Shown here in pieces: positions 63,828-64,000 of a stretch of DNA of 64,000 nt. The notes beneath the pieces were generated by a model that was not told the DNA's origin, did no database searches, and worked only from the letters and a program-made list of their open reading frames with translations. Numbering within the stretch: the stretch's first letter is position 1; the number at the start of each line of letters is the position of its first letter. The position numbers were made by a program, and so were the translations under genes. The stretch is taken from assembly GCA_040766775.1 (NCBI GenBank), contig JAXGPT010000003.1, forward strand, positions 30,098 through 94,097, written 5' to 3'. This DNA comes from Bacillota bacterium (GTDB lineage: Bacteria; Bacillota; Clostridia; Ch29).

Positions 63828-63836
63828 CGGGACCAT
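63828..63836 (+). repeat. 9-bp target-site duplication CGGGACCAT (right)
   Basis: Identical to 62254-62262. Confidence 0.8.
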
Positions 63837-63935
63837 TACGGAATTGACGAAATAAGGTGTGTTTGATAATATGTGTAACTAACAGTATTGTGCACACCCT
63901 TTCCATGAAAATGATTTTAGAAAAGGAGAAACGAG

Positions 63936-64000
63936 ATGGATAATTTAAAGAAAACTTCTTTGTTTCCCAGTTACAAAAAGTATGGAGCCAAGCTGGTGGA
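63936..64000 (+). CDS. gcvT: 5' end of a probable glycine cleavage aminomethyltransferase (partial, runs off the window)
   Basis: ATG after AAAGGAGAA. MDNLKKTSLFPSYKKYGAKLV resembles GcvT N-termini (KKTPLY..H..LGAKMV). Only 21 codons are visible. Confidence 0.45.
   Translation, partial: MDNLKKTSLFPSYKKYGAKLV

Overview
64-kb window from a Clostridia-type Firmicute with a core of roughly 50% GC. 0-25.3 kb holds the str/S10/spc/alpha ribosomal super-operon (rpsG-fusA-tuf, then rpsJ through rplQ). It continues with ecfA1-ecfA2-ecfT, truA and rplM-rpsI. The rplC-rplD spacer is expanded to about 2 kb by an IS110-family insertion. 25.8-27.1 kb is a decayed IS30-family element with 15-bp flanking direct repeats. 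27.1-38.8 kb carries a PyrR-attenuated uracil permease, cwlD, an AmmeMemoRadiSam pair, an L,D-transpeptidase, a GerMN lipoprotein, an OmpR/histidine-kinase pair, a BON protein and cdaA-cdaR. 38.8-47.3 kb has a sigma-54 activator and a clear sigma-54 promoter driving buk-ptb-buk-(P-loop NTPase)-ferredoxin-2-oxoacid:ferredoxin oxidoreductase. 47.3-49.2 kb is a class C group II intron lying directly behind that operon's terminator. After it come a convergent class V aminotransferase, glmM, and two tandem glmS-ribozyme units. The first unit precedes a glutaminase-less GlmS homologue and the second precedes full-length glmS. 56-64 kb is accessory and partly low-GC: a RayT/IS200-like remnant, two lipoproteins, M-box plus mgtE, a DUF2383-like protein, a GyrI-like protein, an intact ISLre2-family IS with a 9-bp TSD, and the start of gcvT. 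No rRNA, tRNA or CRISPR array was found. The most unusual observation is a dispersed family of hairpins with covarying stems and a constant GGGGACGGTTCT loop, mostly just after stop codons. Major caveat: many genes, including essential ones (rplD, rpsS, rplV, rpsC, rplO, infA, rpsD, rpoA, rpsI, glmM, glmS), are broken by 1-nt indels at short homopolymers. These breaks cluster at 5.3-7.4, 9.4-10.4, 25.9-27.0, 44.9-53.7 and 56.2-56.9 kb. I read this as unpolished assembly error rather than biology. Features typed 'pseudogene' are therefore 'frame-broken in this sequence', not necessarily dead genes.
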